A DNA stretch of 59,149 nt, taken from contig JAUCBJ010003416.1 of the NCBI GenBank assembly GCA_032718475.1, positions 1 through 59,149 on the forward strand. The letters run 5' to 3'. Source of the DNA: Nemertoderma westbladi (Eukaryota > Animalia > Xenacoelomorpha). Positions 11,778 through 26,064 of the stretch are shown in pieces (the first letter of the stretch is position 1; each line of letters opens with the position of its first letter). The notes under the pieces were generated by a model, which saw nothing but the letters and a program-made list of their open reading frames with translations, was not told where the DNA came from and did no database searches. The translations under genes were made by a program, and so were the position numbers.

Positions 11778-14700
11778 TATACAACTGATATTCCTAATAT
11801 ACACTACTAATATTATCGTAATTTACTACTGATATTCCTAATATATACTACTAATATTATCCTAATATACTACTGATATACCTAATATACAACTGATATT
11901 CGTAATATACTACTGATATTCCTAATATACGCTACTAATATTCCTAATATACTACTGATATTCCTAATATACTACTGATATTCCTCATATACAACTGATA
12001 TTCCTAATATACTACTGATATTCCTAATATACACTACTAATATTATCGTAATTTACTACTGATATTCCTAATATACTACTGATATTCCTCATATACAACT
12101 GATATTCCTAATATACTACTGATATTCCTAATATACTACTGATATTCCTCATATACAACTGATATTCCTAATATACTACTGATATTCCTAATATACACTA
12201 CTAATATTCCAAATATACTACTGATATTCCTAATAGACACTACTAATATTATCCTAATATACTACTGATAATGATATTCCTAATATACTACTGATATTCC
12301 TAATATACACTACTAATATTCCTAATATACTACTGATATTCCTAATAGACACTACTAATATTATCCTAATATACTACTGATATTCCTAATATACTACTGA
12401 TATTCCTAAGATACACTACTAATATTCCTAATATACTACTGATATTCCTAATAGACACTACTAATATTATCCTAATATACAACTGATATTCCTAATATAC
12501 TACTGATATTCCTAATATACTACTGATATTCCTCATATACAACTGATATTCCTAATATACTACTGATATTCCTAATATACACTACTAATATTATCGTAAT
12601 TTACTACTGATATTCTTAATATACAACTGATATTCCTAATATACTACTGATATTCCTAATATACACTACTAATATTCCTAATATACTACTGATATTCCTA
12701 ATATACACTACTAATATTCCTAATATACTACTGATATTCCTAATAGACACTACTAATATTATCCTAATATACTACTGATATTCCTAATATACTACTGATA
12801 TTCCTCATATACTAGTGATATTCCTAATAGACACTACTAATATTATCCTAATATACTACTGATATTCCTAATAGACACTACTAATATTATCCTAATATAC
12901 TACTGATATTCCTAATATACACTACTAATATTCCTAATATACTACTGATATTCCTAATAGACACTACTAATATTATCGTAATTTACTAGTGATATTCTTA
13001 ATATACAACTGATATTCCTAATATACTACTGATATTCCTAATATACACTACTAATATTCCTAATATACTACTGATATTCCTAATATACACTACTAATATT
13101 CCTAATATACTACTGACATTCCTAATATACTACTAATATTATCCTAATATACTACTGATATTCCTAATATACACTACTAATATTCCAAATATACTACTGA
13201 TATTCCTAACTGATATTCCTAATATACTACTGATATTCCTAATATACTACTGATATTCGTAATATACTACTGATATTCGTAATACACTACTGATATTCCT
13301 AATATACTACTGATGTTCCTAATAGACACTACTAATATTATCCTAATATACTACTGATATTCCTAATATACTACTGATATTCCTAATAGACACTACTAAT
13401 ATTATCCTAATATACTACTGATATTCCTAATATACTACTAATATTATCCTAATATACTACTGATATTCCTAATATACTATTGATATTCCTAATATACTAC
13501 TGATATTCCTAATAGACACTACTAATATTACCTAATATACTACTGATATTCCTAATATATATACTACTGATATTCGTATAGGCACTACTAATATTATCCT
13601 AACATACTAACTGATATTCCTAATATACACTACTAATATTATCCTAATATACTAACTGATATTCCTAATATACTACTGATATTCCTAATATACACTACTA
13701 ATATTATCCTAATATACTACTGATATTCCTAATATGCTACTGATATTCCTAATATACTACTAATATTCCTAATATACTACTGATATTCCTAATAGACACT
13801 ACTAATATTATCCTAATATACTACTGATATTCCTAATATACTACTAATATTATCCTAATATACTACTGATATTCCTAATATACTATTGATATTCCTAATA
13901 TACTACTGATATTCCTAATAGACACTACTAATATTACCTAATATACTACTGATATTCCTAATATATATACTACTGATATTCGTATAGGCACTACTAATAT
14001 TATCCTAACATACTAACTGATATTCCTAATATACACTACTAATATTATCCTAATATACTAACTGATATTCCTAATATACTACTGATATTCCTAATATACA
14101 CTACTAATATTATCCTAATATACTACTGATATTCCTAATATGCTACTGATATTCCTAATATACTACTGATATTCCTAATAGACACTACTAATATTATCCT
14201 AATATACTAACTGATATTCCTAATATACTACTGATATTCCTAATATACACTACTAATATTATCCTAATATACTACTGATATTCCTAATATGCTACTGATA
14301 TTCCTAATATACTACTAATATTCCTAATATACTACTGATATTCCTAATATACTACTGATATTCCTAATTGACAGTACTAATATTATCCTAATATACTACT
14401 GATATTCCTAATAGACACTACTGATATTCGTAATATACTACTGATATTCGTAATATACTACTGATATTCGTAATATACTACTGATATTCCTAATATACTA
14501 CTGATATTCCTAATAGACACTACTAATATTATCCTAATATACTACTGATATTCCTAATATGCTACTGATATTCCTAATATACTACTAATATTCCTAATAT
14601 ACTACTGATATTCCTAATATACTACTGATATTCCTAATAGACACTACTAATATTATCCTAATATACTACTGATATTCGTAATATACTACTGATATTCGTA

Positions 14701-17700
14701 ATAGACACTACTAATATTATCCTAATATACTACTGATATTCCTAATAGACACTACTAATATTATCCTAATATACTACTGATATTCCTAATATACTACTGA
14801 TATTCCTAATAGACACTACTAATATTATCCTAATATACTACTGATATTCCTAATATACTACTAATATTATCCTAATATACTACTGATATTCCTAATATAC
14901 TATTGATATTCCTAATATACTACTGATATTCCTAATAGACACTGCTAATATTACCTAATATACTACTGATATTCCTAATATATATACTACTGATATTCGT
15001 AATAGACACTACTAATATTATCCTAACATACTAACTGATATTCCTAATATACTACTGATATTCCTAATAGACACTACTAATATTATCCTAACATACTAAC
15101 TGATATTCCTAATATACTACTGATATTCCTAATAGACACTACTAATATTATCCTAACATACTAACTGATATTCCTAATATACTACTGATATTCCTAATAG
15201 ACACTACTAATATTATCCTAATATACTACTGATATTCCTAATATACTACTGATATTCCTAATAGACACTACTAATATTATCCTAATATACTACTGATATT
15301 CCTAATATACTACTAATATTATCCTAATATACTACTGATATTCCTAATATACTATTGATATTCCTAATATACTACTGATATTCCTAATAGACACTGCTAA
15401 TATTACCTAATATACTACTGATATTCCTAATATATATACTACTGATATTCGTAATAGACACTACTAATATTATCCTAACATACTAACTGATATTCCTAAT
15501 ATACTACTGATATTCCTAATAGACACTACTAATATTATCCTAATATACTACTGATATTCCTAATATGCTACTGATATTCCTAATATACTACTGATATTCC
15601 TAATATACATACTACTGATATTCCTAATAGACACTACTAATATTATCCTAATATACTACTGATATTCCTAATATGCTACTGATATTCCTAATATACTACT
15701 GATATTCCTAATATACTACTGATATTCCTAATAGACACTACTAATATTATCCTAATATACTACTGATATTCGTAATATACACTACCAATATTATCCTAAT
15801 TTACTACTGATATTCCTAATATACTACTGATATTCCTAATATACTACTGATATTTCTAATATACTACTGATATTCCTAATAGACACTACTAATATTATCC
15901 TAATATACTACTGATATTCCTAATAGACACTACTAATATTATCCTAATATACTACTGATATTCCTAATATACTACTGATATTCCTAATATACTATTGATA
16001 TTCCTAATATACTACTGATATTCCTAATAGACACTACTAATATTACCTAATATACTACTGATATTCCTAATAGACACTACTAATATTATCCTAATATACT
16101 ACTGATATTCCTAATATACTACTGATATTCCTAATATACTATTGATATTCCTAATATACTACTGATATTCCTAATAGACACTACTAATATTACCTAATAT
16201 ACTACTGATATTCCTAATAGACACTACTAATATTATCCTAATATACTACTGATATTCCTAATATACTACTGATATTCCTAATATACTATTGATATTCCTA
16301 ATATACTACTGATATTCCTAATAGACACTACTAATATTACCTAATATACTACTGATATTCCTAATAGACACTACTAATATTATCCTAATATACTACTGAT
16401 ATTCCTAATATACTACTGATATTCCTAATAGACACTACTAATATCATCCTAATATACTACTGATATTCCTAATATACTACTAATATTATCCTAATATACT
16501 ACTGATATTCCTAATATACTATTGATATTCCTAATATACTACTGATATTCCTAATAGACACTACTAATATTACCTAATATACTACTGATATACCTAATAT
16601 ATATACTACTGATATTCCTAATAGACACTACTAATATTATCCTAACATACTAACTGATATTCCTAATATACTACTAATATTCCTAACATACTAACTGATA
16701 TTCCTAATAGACACTACTAATATTACCTAATATACTACTGATATTCCTAATATATATACTACTGATATTCGTATAGGCACTACTAATATTATCCTAACAT
16801 ACTAACTGATATTCCTAATATACTACTAATATTCCTAACATACTAACTGATATTCCTAATAGACACTACTAATATTACCTAATATACTACTGATATTCCT
16901 AATATATATACTACTGATATTCGTATAGGCACTACTAATATTATCCTAATATACTAACTGATATTCCTAATATACTACTGATATTCCTAATAGACACTAC
17001 TAATATAATCCTAATATACTACTGATATTCCTAATATACTATTGATATTCCTAATATACTACTGATATTCCTAATAGACACTACTAATATTACCTAATAT
17101 ACTACTGATATACCTAATATATATACTACTGATATTCCTAATAGACACTACTAATATTATCCTAACATACTAACTGATATTCCTAATATACTACTAATAT
17201 TCCTAACATACTAACTGATATTCCTAATATACACTACTAATATTACCTAATATACTACTGATATTCCTAATATATATACTACTGATATTCGTATAGGCAC
17301 TACTAATATTATCCTAACATACTAACTGATATTCCTAATATACACTACTAATATTATCCTAATATACTAACTGATATTCCTAATATACTACTGATATTCC
17401 TAATAGACACTACTAATATAATCCTAATATACTACTGATATTCCTAATATACTACTGATATTCCTAATATATATACTACTGATATTCGTAATAGACACTA
17501 CTAATAGTACCCTATCCTAACATACTAACTGATATTCCTAATAGACACTACTAATATTATCCTAATATACTACTGATATTCCTAATATGCTACTGATATT
17601 CCTAATATACTACTGATATTCCTAATATACTACTGATATTCCTAATATACTACTGATATTCCTAATAGACACTACTAATATTATCCTAATATACTACTGA

Positions 17701-17896
17701 TATTCGTAATATACACTACCAATATTATCCTAATTTACTACTGATATTCCTAATATACTACTGATATTCCTAATATACTACTGATATTTCTAATATACTA
17801 CTGATATTCCTAATATACACTACTATTATTATCGTAATTTACTACTGATATTCCTAATATATAGTACTATTATTATCCTAATATACTACTGATATA
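11778..17896. repeat. AT-rich satellite, ~20-bp core TACTACTGATATTCCTAATA mixed with 22-25-bp variants; a short block also at ~11340-11410
   Basis: About 6.1 kb of visible tandem repeats, very G-poor on the + strand, with recurrent variants such as GACACTACTAATATTATCC and TTCGTATAGGCAC. Confidence 0.96.
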
Positions 17897-18279
17897 CCCC
17901 GGCTTCGGTGACAATATTACCGGAGTTAATTTTTTATAAAGTATTAGTATATTTCAGTATTTCGCAGTTTCGTGCATATCTGCATACTAATCTGGCCAAT
18001 TATTTACACTATGACTTGACCATAGTACAGCTTAAGCATCAAGCATGCTGCAGTATTTATTATACAGTCGGACAATCAGTGGCGGACTGAGTCATATACA
18101 ATAACAGTATGACAGCAGCACTATCGGTCTCATCTGCCGTTACAGTCTGCATGACAGTGTGATGTAAATTGAAAAATGTTTCAGTTTAGCAGATTATGGT
18201 CAGGTGGTAGCGGTAGGTAGCATATAGATATAATATCGATAGAACGCGGCCAACGCACAGAAAGTCCTACCGGTGCACG

Positions 18280-19465
18280 TGAGATCTAAGTTCGCTTCTC
18301 CTCTGTGCTAAGAAATTTGTATAAATTGGTATCTAAGTTCACCGAACCGCCTATTCAACGTGGGATCTAAGTTCGCTTCTCCTCTAGCTCTATTTGTATA
18401 AATTGGTATCTAAGTTCACCTAACCGCCTATTCAACGTGAGATCTAAGTTCGCTTCTCCTCTGTGCTAAGAAATTTGTATAAATTGGTATCTAAGTTCAC
18501 CTAACCGCCTATTCAACATGGGATCTAAGTTCGCTTCTCCTCTAGCTCTATTTGTATAAATTGGTATCTAAGTTCACCTAACCGCCTATTCAACATGGGA
18601 TCTAAGTTCGCTTCTCCTCTAGCTCTATTTGTATAAATTGGTATCTAAGTTCACCTAACCGCCTATTCAACATGGGATCTAAGTTCGCTTCTCCTCTAGC
18701 TCTATTTGTATAAATTGGTATCTAAGTTCACCTAACCGCCTATTCAACGTGAGATCTAAGTTCGCTTCTCCTCTGTGCTAAGAAATTTGTATAAATTGGT
18801 ATCTAAGTTCACCTAACCGCCTATTCAACGTGCGATCTAAGTTCGCTTCTCCTCTAGCGTGTGCTAAGGAATTTGTATAAATTGGTATCTAAGTTCACCG
18901 AACCGCCTATTCAACGTGGGATCTAAGTTCGCTTCTCCTCTAGCTCTATTTGTATAAATTGGTATCTAAGTTCACCTAACCGCCTATTCAACGTGAGATC
19001 TAAGTTCGCTTCTCCTCTGTGCTAAGAAATTTGTATAAATTGGTATCTAAGTTCACCTAACCGCCTATTCAACATGGGATCTAAGTTCGCTTCTCCTCTA
19101 GCTCTATTTGTATAAATTGGTATCTAAGTTCACCTAACCGCCTATTCAACATGGGATCTAAGTTCGCTTCTCCTCTAGCTCTATTTGTATAAATTGGTAT
19201 CTAAGTTCACCTAACCGCCTATTCAACATGGGATCTAAGTTCGCTTCTCCTCTAGCTCTATTTGTATAAATTGGTATCTAAGTTCACCTAACCGCCTATT
19301 CAACGTGAGATCTAAGTTCGCTTCTCCTCTGTGCTAAGAAATTTGTATAAATTGGTATCTAAGTTCACCTAACCGCCTATTCAACGTGCGATCTAAGTTC
19401 GCTTCTCCTCTAGCGTGTGCTAAGGAATTTGTATAAATCGGGATCTAAGTTCACCTAACTGCCTA
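18280..19465. repeat. 77-bp tandem repeat (81/86-bp variants), ~15 copies, with a 556-bp higher-order duplication
   Basis: Unit GATCTAAGTTCGCTTCTCCTCTAGCTCTATTTGTATAAATTGGTATCTAAGTTCACCTAACCGCCTATTCAACATGG. The variant ACCGAACC recurs at 18341 and 18897. Confidence 0.95.
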
Positions 19466-19855
19466 AGATATAATTTCGCTTTGCTTTCAATGTGGGATCT
19501 AATTCTAATTTCGCTTCCCGACTAGCATGATGATTACCAAAGGCTTTTAATAGCATAAATCGAGATCTAAGTTCACCTAAAGTTAGGATCTAAGTTCACC
19601 TAGCCTAGTGAGGATCTAAGTTCATATAGTTAGGATCGAAGTTCATATAGTTAGGATCTAAGTTCACCCAGATGGATCTATGTTTGCATATATACTGATA
19701 TAGGACCTAGGTTGCAAAGATCTAACTTCATCATCAAAGTCAGGCCTTACAGGATATAAGTTCGCTTGGGGGGAAGTCTATATGAAATATATAAAAAATA
19801 TTTGTAAAAAATATTTGTAAAAAATTATTGAAATAGCGCTACTTCCCCTTATAGT

Positions 19856-22800
19856 TTATTGTTTATTGAAATGGTTTTAGGTATTCATTAGAAGTGAAAA
19901 TCAACTCTACCACGGAGAACTCGACGAGGCACCAAATAAAATATACAATACAATAAAATACATATTATACTTAAAAAATGTTAATTTGATTGATTGTAAT
20001 TCTGTTTAAAGAGAAATATCGGATAAAAAACAAGGTTGATTGAAATTGTTTTAATTACAATTCAATCTTAAAAGAGAGTTCGACTGGACGCTCCTGCAGG
20101 CTGTGTAACCCCGGCAGCCCGGTTGGTCTGGAATGTCGCTCAGATATGTATCTAATTTTAGTTTAAATATTTCCAGACTGCAGCCAGTCAGGTCTCGTAT
20201 TTCCTTTGGCAAAAGGAGTTAAATAGTTGCGGTCCAGTCACCACCAAGCTATTCTCGTGCAGATTGTGGACGTTTGATCTGCAATTTCGTAGTAAGGTTG
20301 GAATCTGGCAGTTTCTACCCCGCCGCAAACTAGATTTCAGGGTGATTGGTTTGTTTGATAAATTGGGAACGAGGTTTTCCAATATCTTCCATATGTAAAT
20401 GACGATGTAGCGTTCCCTGCGCCGTTCCAGCGAGTTTAACTTTAATTGCTTAAGGCGTTCCCAGTAGTTAAGCTCGTTCATTCCTTGGATTCTCCTCGTG
20501 AACGATCGTTGTACTGCTTCTATTCTTTGAGTCTCGTGTATGTTATTGTTCGGATGCCACAGTTGACAACAGTACTCGAGTTTAGATCGTACTAAAGATG
20601 TGAACAGTGTTTTCATTGTTAGCGGGTCGCGTATTGTGAAAACACGTAGAATCCAGCCACATAGTTGCTTAGCGTCTCGACATATGCTTTCAATGTGGAT
20701 CTTGAAATTGCCAGTATGGCTCATGTTGATTTCAAGGTCCTTTACATCTTCATTGACTATTATAGTTTCATTACCCCCAGTGTCTCTGTTTATAAACGTA
20801 TAGTTTCCACCCCGGTCCAGGCTGGGGTTCTGTGTTGGTGTATAGCGCAGGCACTCGAATTTATCACCATGCAGTTCCATGCCATTGTTATCGGCCCAGT
20901 CGTATATCGTGGCAAGGTCTTCTTGGATTTTATTATCCGTGGTTGATGATGTAACTGGACCCGACACCCTGGTATCATCAGCAAAGGAAGTTATTTTATT
21001 TGTTGTATTATGGTCGATGTCATTCATCAGAATGATAAAAAGGAGAGGTCCTAGCACCGAACCTTGAATAACTCCACTTATAATGTCTTTCGAGGTTGAG
21101 CTCGCTCCGTTCAGAACTACTCGTTGCTTCCTGTTTGAGAGAAAGTTCCACAACCAGCACCCGAGCTGCCCACCAATTCCGATGGCCCGGATCTTTCGCA
21201 TAAGTGAACCATGATCCACTTTGTCAAATGCTTTGGAGAAATCCAAATAGACTACATCAATACCATCTCCTTTTGATAAGTGATCGATGATATTCGCGTA
21301 ATGGTCAATGAGCTCAGAGAGGCATGAGCGACCTCTCCGGAAGCCATGCTGTCGTTTGTTTAATAGGTTGTTGGATTCTAGGTAGTCTACAAGTGAATCT
21401 CGGACAATTCTTTCTAATATTTTGGATATGTGGGAAGTCAAAGATACCGGCAGGTAGTTGCGCGCATCTGATCGAAGGCCCTTCTTGAATATCGGCGTTA
21501 TTTCGCACAATTTCAAAGATGTTGGTAGGGCCCCGGATGACAAGGATTTATCAAAGATGACGAAGAGTGGTTTGAGAAGTTATTCTTTGCATTTCTTTAA
21601 TAAAAGTGATGGGACTCCATCAGGGCCAGCAGCGGAGTTTGATCGTAGTTCATCAATCGCTTTCCCGATGAGATTCGTTGTCAGTTTGATTTGACCGAGA
21701 CGCACATCACCATCTGTTGTGAGTATCGGGTCTGGGACAACTGCATCCGCCACTGGAGTCGAAAACATAGAGACATATTGATTCTGTAGTGCCTCACACA
21801 TTCCTTTATTGTCAGAGACTAATTCGACATTCACAATTAGTGGTCCAACACCAACTCTGACTTTGCGCTTTCGGTTGGCGTATGAGAAGAAGTATTTGGG
21901 GTTCGACTTAATTTTAGATACGGCATCTTTTTCCTCCAACCTCCTTTCATCATCGCGCGTTTGATAGAGGTCTATTTCGATTTGCTTGATTTCTGCCTCC
22001 AACTTATTAAGATTGGTTCGAGAGGTTGTGTTTGATATTCGTTTGGTAAGGATTTTCCTTTTCTTATACAGGATACGTGGTATACGTGGGATAATTACTT
22101 TTGGCCGTTTACGAGCCGGAACGTTACCATTGCATGCAAGTTCTAAATGAGAGTACAGAGTGTCTAGACAACTGTCGGCTGTCATGTTCTCTAGATTGGT
22201 ATCCCAACTGACCACGCTTAATGAACTCCGGATATTTTCCCAATTCACGCTATTGGCATTGAAGTTGAGTTTTTTGAAGAAATTCTCCTTGTGGTCTTGC
22301 TCTGGCGTAGCGTGGTGGTGGGGATCTGGACGTGTAGTGACTTTGGGTTTAGTTGTACTTATGTTAATTACATTATGGTCTGAAAAAACACATGGGTACA
22401 CATCTATACTCTCCATAAAATCAGCGTCATTCGTTAGACATAGGTCAATAATGTTTTTTTCGCGTGTTGGTTTATCGACTATTTGCGATAAAAACCACTT
22501 GTTGGTAAAGTATAAAAATAATTTTACCTGGATTTTTGCGGCAGCCGAGGTACTGCTGGTACTAGTAATTAATGATAATAGTTTCCAGTCAATAATTGGA
22601 AAATTCAGATCTCCCATGATAATTGTCCTACTGTACTCGATTTGTACTTTTCAGTACCTAAAATTTGGTCCATTACCTTTAAGATACCTTTGAGTTCAGT
22701 TGTAGGGCAGCCTGGTGGCCGGTACAATACTATTACAACGGTGTCTAAGTCATGTAGAAATATACTTAATAATTCGCAATATCCATTAGAAAATTGAATA

Positions 22801-23312
22801 GTATCCGTGATGGCTACATCATTTCTCAGATAAATTCCGACACCGCCCTTTATACGGTTATTACGATCGGATCTAATAAAATTATATCCTTCTACTGTGA
22901 GTTCCGGATCTAGAAAGGATTTTTGGAGATGTGTTTCCGTTATAGCAACTAATAATGGCTTATCACTGCACACGAGATCACTAATATAGGGGACTTTGCT
23001 TTTAGCGTTCTGAAAATGTAAACCCCTAATATTTAGCAAAGTGAAATGTTCGTTAGGGTCGGTTTTACTGATGCTTGTAGAAGAGCCATTAGTTTTAGTG
23101 GTATTATTAATTATATCACCACTATGGATTGTAGTCCCGTGACTTATTGACACGGTTGTAGCATCTGGGTTTGCACTGCGAGCGATTGGTTGTTGCATTG
23201 ATTGTGAGGTTGCTGAACAGCTTGGGTGGTTAGTTGACCTGCTTGGCTGTTGTGTTGTGGGCTTGTTTGCGGCAGATTTGTGTATACATATATATTATGT
23301 GTCAACTATATA
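19856..23312 (-). mobile_element. Decayed CR1-group LINE (APE endonuclease plus RT), 5'-truncated
   Basis: Endonuclease motifs LNIRGL, ITETHL, GGVGIY, LYRPP, MGDLN and SDH. RT motifs PVSLTS, QHGFR, YLDFSKAFDKV, GVIQGSVLGPLLF and FADD. C-terminal YWERLK.L.L.SLERRRER and LD..L..IPDQP. Frameshifts at ~22615 and ~20210, in-frame stop at 21580. Short (CAATAAA)n tail. Candidate TSD CCTTATAGT at 19847-19855 and 23313-23321. Confidence 0.9.
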
Positions 23313-23317
23313 CCTTA

Positions 23318-25840
23318 TAGTCAGGTGGCTTAGGGATAAAAAAATCCATATCACGACAAAGGTGAGGAAAGCACCATTTTTTCACTATATATGTAAAATT
23401 TTACGTAGAATCCATTTAGAAGGGTATCCAAAGCTGTAGTTGAGTGGATGACATTGATATCGATGGATTGAAAGAGTGAGAAAATGAAAATTAACAATTA
23501 TAATATTTGTGTTTATTCACAGAAACATACATGACACTGCGTTATAAGCTTATTATACTACATAGTTCTGTTGAAACGTTTTAGAAAGGTTTGTTTCGCA
23601 GATATGATGAACTTGATGATGTTTCGGATACATTACTCAACATATCATAAAATATATGTCTGTTGTTCACACCTGAGAGATGCCTTACAGCTTATTAAAT
23701 TAGTTTTAGTTAATCTACTTGGAATGTACCGGTATAGGTAACCATAGCCCCATATACGGCAGTTGACCATGATAGAAAAGAATACGTACATTTTTTATAT
23801 ACAGTATGTATCCGTCCATTTTACAGCTCAGCTATAATAATAGTAAATAGTTAAAGGGTTTACATGTATTACACTAGATTTGCCATCCATGGGTTCCACT
23901 ATAAATAAAATAAATATTGTAAGAACTCCTTTATCATTCGCCGAATGAAGGTGGTATTTGCGATCTATGTGGCGGCTTGGAAACAATATACCATCTGCTT
24001 GATTATCCCAAGAATAAAAAATCCCTTAGCCATTGGGCTCGGGGTTGAATGGAAAACAAACATATTTTATTTACTATTAGTTTTATTTTTAATTATTAAA
24101 GTGCTAACTCCTGTTTTAATAATATCCCGAATATTTTATTGTACATAATTTAAATACCTTTTTGGTGAATTAAATAAATATAAATAGATGTATGAATTAA
24201 AAGTTTGAAACTCATTCTGTCATTCTGTCTGAAATTGCTGAGAGTGTTGTGTGCGGTAGGGACTTCATGTCCCGAATATGAACACTGACCCACCTACTGT
24301 AATTGTAATGATCCAAGGCGAAAAATAAATGTAGGCCTACTAAACTAAGGTCTGTAGACATTCTACACATAGAGTAGAAGATTTCATTCACGGTGAGATC
24401 TAACAAATATTAGAATGAGAGCTTCAATCCGCATAACATATCAAAGAAATGGAATGTTGGTTTGATTAGTTTATTATTTCTCCAGCTCTCTTGATCATAA
24501 CTATTATTTACAATACATTCGTCATATGCTTGCGATTGCAAAATTGCCTAAGCTTCTGTTTAGCGCTTTATTGTCTGTACAGTTCATTATCCGCCACATA
24601 AGGAGTCCAAACACTACACTTTGCAGGGATACGTAGTCGTAATATGGGTCTACAGTATATTTGGAGAGACTGTGAATAGGTCGCTAATTTAAGGCCTTGC
24701 ATTGTACCAGGTTGGGGGGACAGTCTACAGTACATACGTGCACTAACTATTAGCATCATTAACTAACCCCCCCCCCCCCCCCCCCCCCCTTCAATAATTT
24801 TAACCTTTCATTTATGACGTTTTTTTCTTAAATATTTCGTATCAAACAATATATAACTACTGTATATAAAATCTATTATACACAAGTTTGATATCAGATC
24901 AACTATGATTTACTACAGTATAATAATGCACGTGAAAGATTTATCAGTTATCACGTTTTTTCTTTTGTTTCTTCTTTGGCCTTGGGTTCGAATTTTGAGT
25001 TCCGTCGACCGGGTGTTTTTCGCTCTTGGGGACGTTCTTCGGGGGTCTGTAAATGGCCCAAATGGTGGAGATCCAAGGTATCGGAAGTTGCGGAAAAAAG
25101 ACAGTCCATCCACTGGTGGAAGTTCCGGGTTGAGACTCGTGGAGGGTTGGCCTCTAATTCTTCAGTCGGGACCGTATCTCGTCGCGATCACGTATGTGCA
25201 GATTCCTCAACCATCGCATGTTTGGCAGTCCGTTTTAACTTTGTATTCTTTCACCCGAAGATGTATCGGTAGAGCGTAGTTTGGCGATCGCTGTGTGTAA
25301 TAAACATACATAGTTACTATGTGAAAGATTGACTTTTTACTTAAAATGTTAAAATTTTCCACGTTCATGATAAAAGTCTCTAATTTCGTTGATGATGTTC
25401 TTTACATCGAATGTATTTTATAATATTAAACAGGGAAGTCTTCATTATTTATAAAATGTTTGTTAACGAAATTAATCAATGATAGATGGAACAACGTAAT
25501 GCTACAAGTTTTAAGAAATAATATCAAGATTTGACTGTGAATGGAAGTGTTTTAATGTCGTACTTCAAATACTTCTCACAGTTCGGCAATGTCACCTACG
25601 AGTTAAATATAAAAAATTTTTAATTCCTAAGTCATTGTTGTACGTTATTACCAAAAATTGTTTACTGTAAGAAAAAATTACAATTTTAAGTTCACTCAAC
25701 CCATCGATATCAATGTTATCCTCTCAACTACAGCTTTGGATACCCTTCGAAATGGATTCTACGTAAAATTTTACATATATAGTGAAAAAATGGTGCTTTC
25801 CTCACCTTTGTCGTGATTTTTTCCCTAAGCCACCTGACTA
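23318..25840 (-). mobile_element. Internally deleted DNA transposon with ~160-bp TIRs, probably Academ superfamily
   Basis: TIRs TAGTCAGGTGGCTTAGGGA... (23318-~23480) and ...TCCCTAAGCCACCTGACTA (~25692-25840), with TTA on both flanks. The minus strand holds the broken transposase-like peptides QAYDE..W..PTFHF, LILIFVRSHRE and FFALDHYNYSRWVSVHIRDMKSLP (~24240-24540). TAG..CTA ends and a 3-bp TSD fit Academ. The superfamily call rests on recalled motifs, not a search. Confidence 0.8.
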
Positions 25841-26064
25841 TTAAGCATGTAAAAGTACTTATAAATAATAATAATGATCTGGTGCAAATAAGTCATACAC
25901 ATATGGTAGTTGCGATAGTGAATGACTCACAAACAAACTACAGTCCCGCTCTCAAAAAGCATTCCTTTGATCAAACATTGATCAAACTTTGATTTGTATA
26001 ATTTGCCAATTAATAGACCCTCTGCCCTCCAAGCGTGATTATATTTCAGTATATACAGTAAGAT

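Noticed and set aside
18280-19770. CRISPR-like repeat-spacer appearance
   Set aside because: The spacers are themselves repeated or too short and irregular, there are no cas genes, and the context is a spliced eukaryotic locus.
24905-25279. Short overlapping ORFs inside the TIR element
   Set aside because: No recognisable motif. Probably remnants or chance ORFs.
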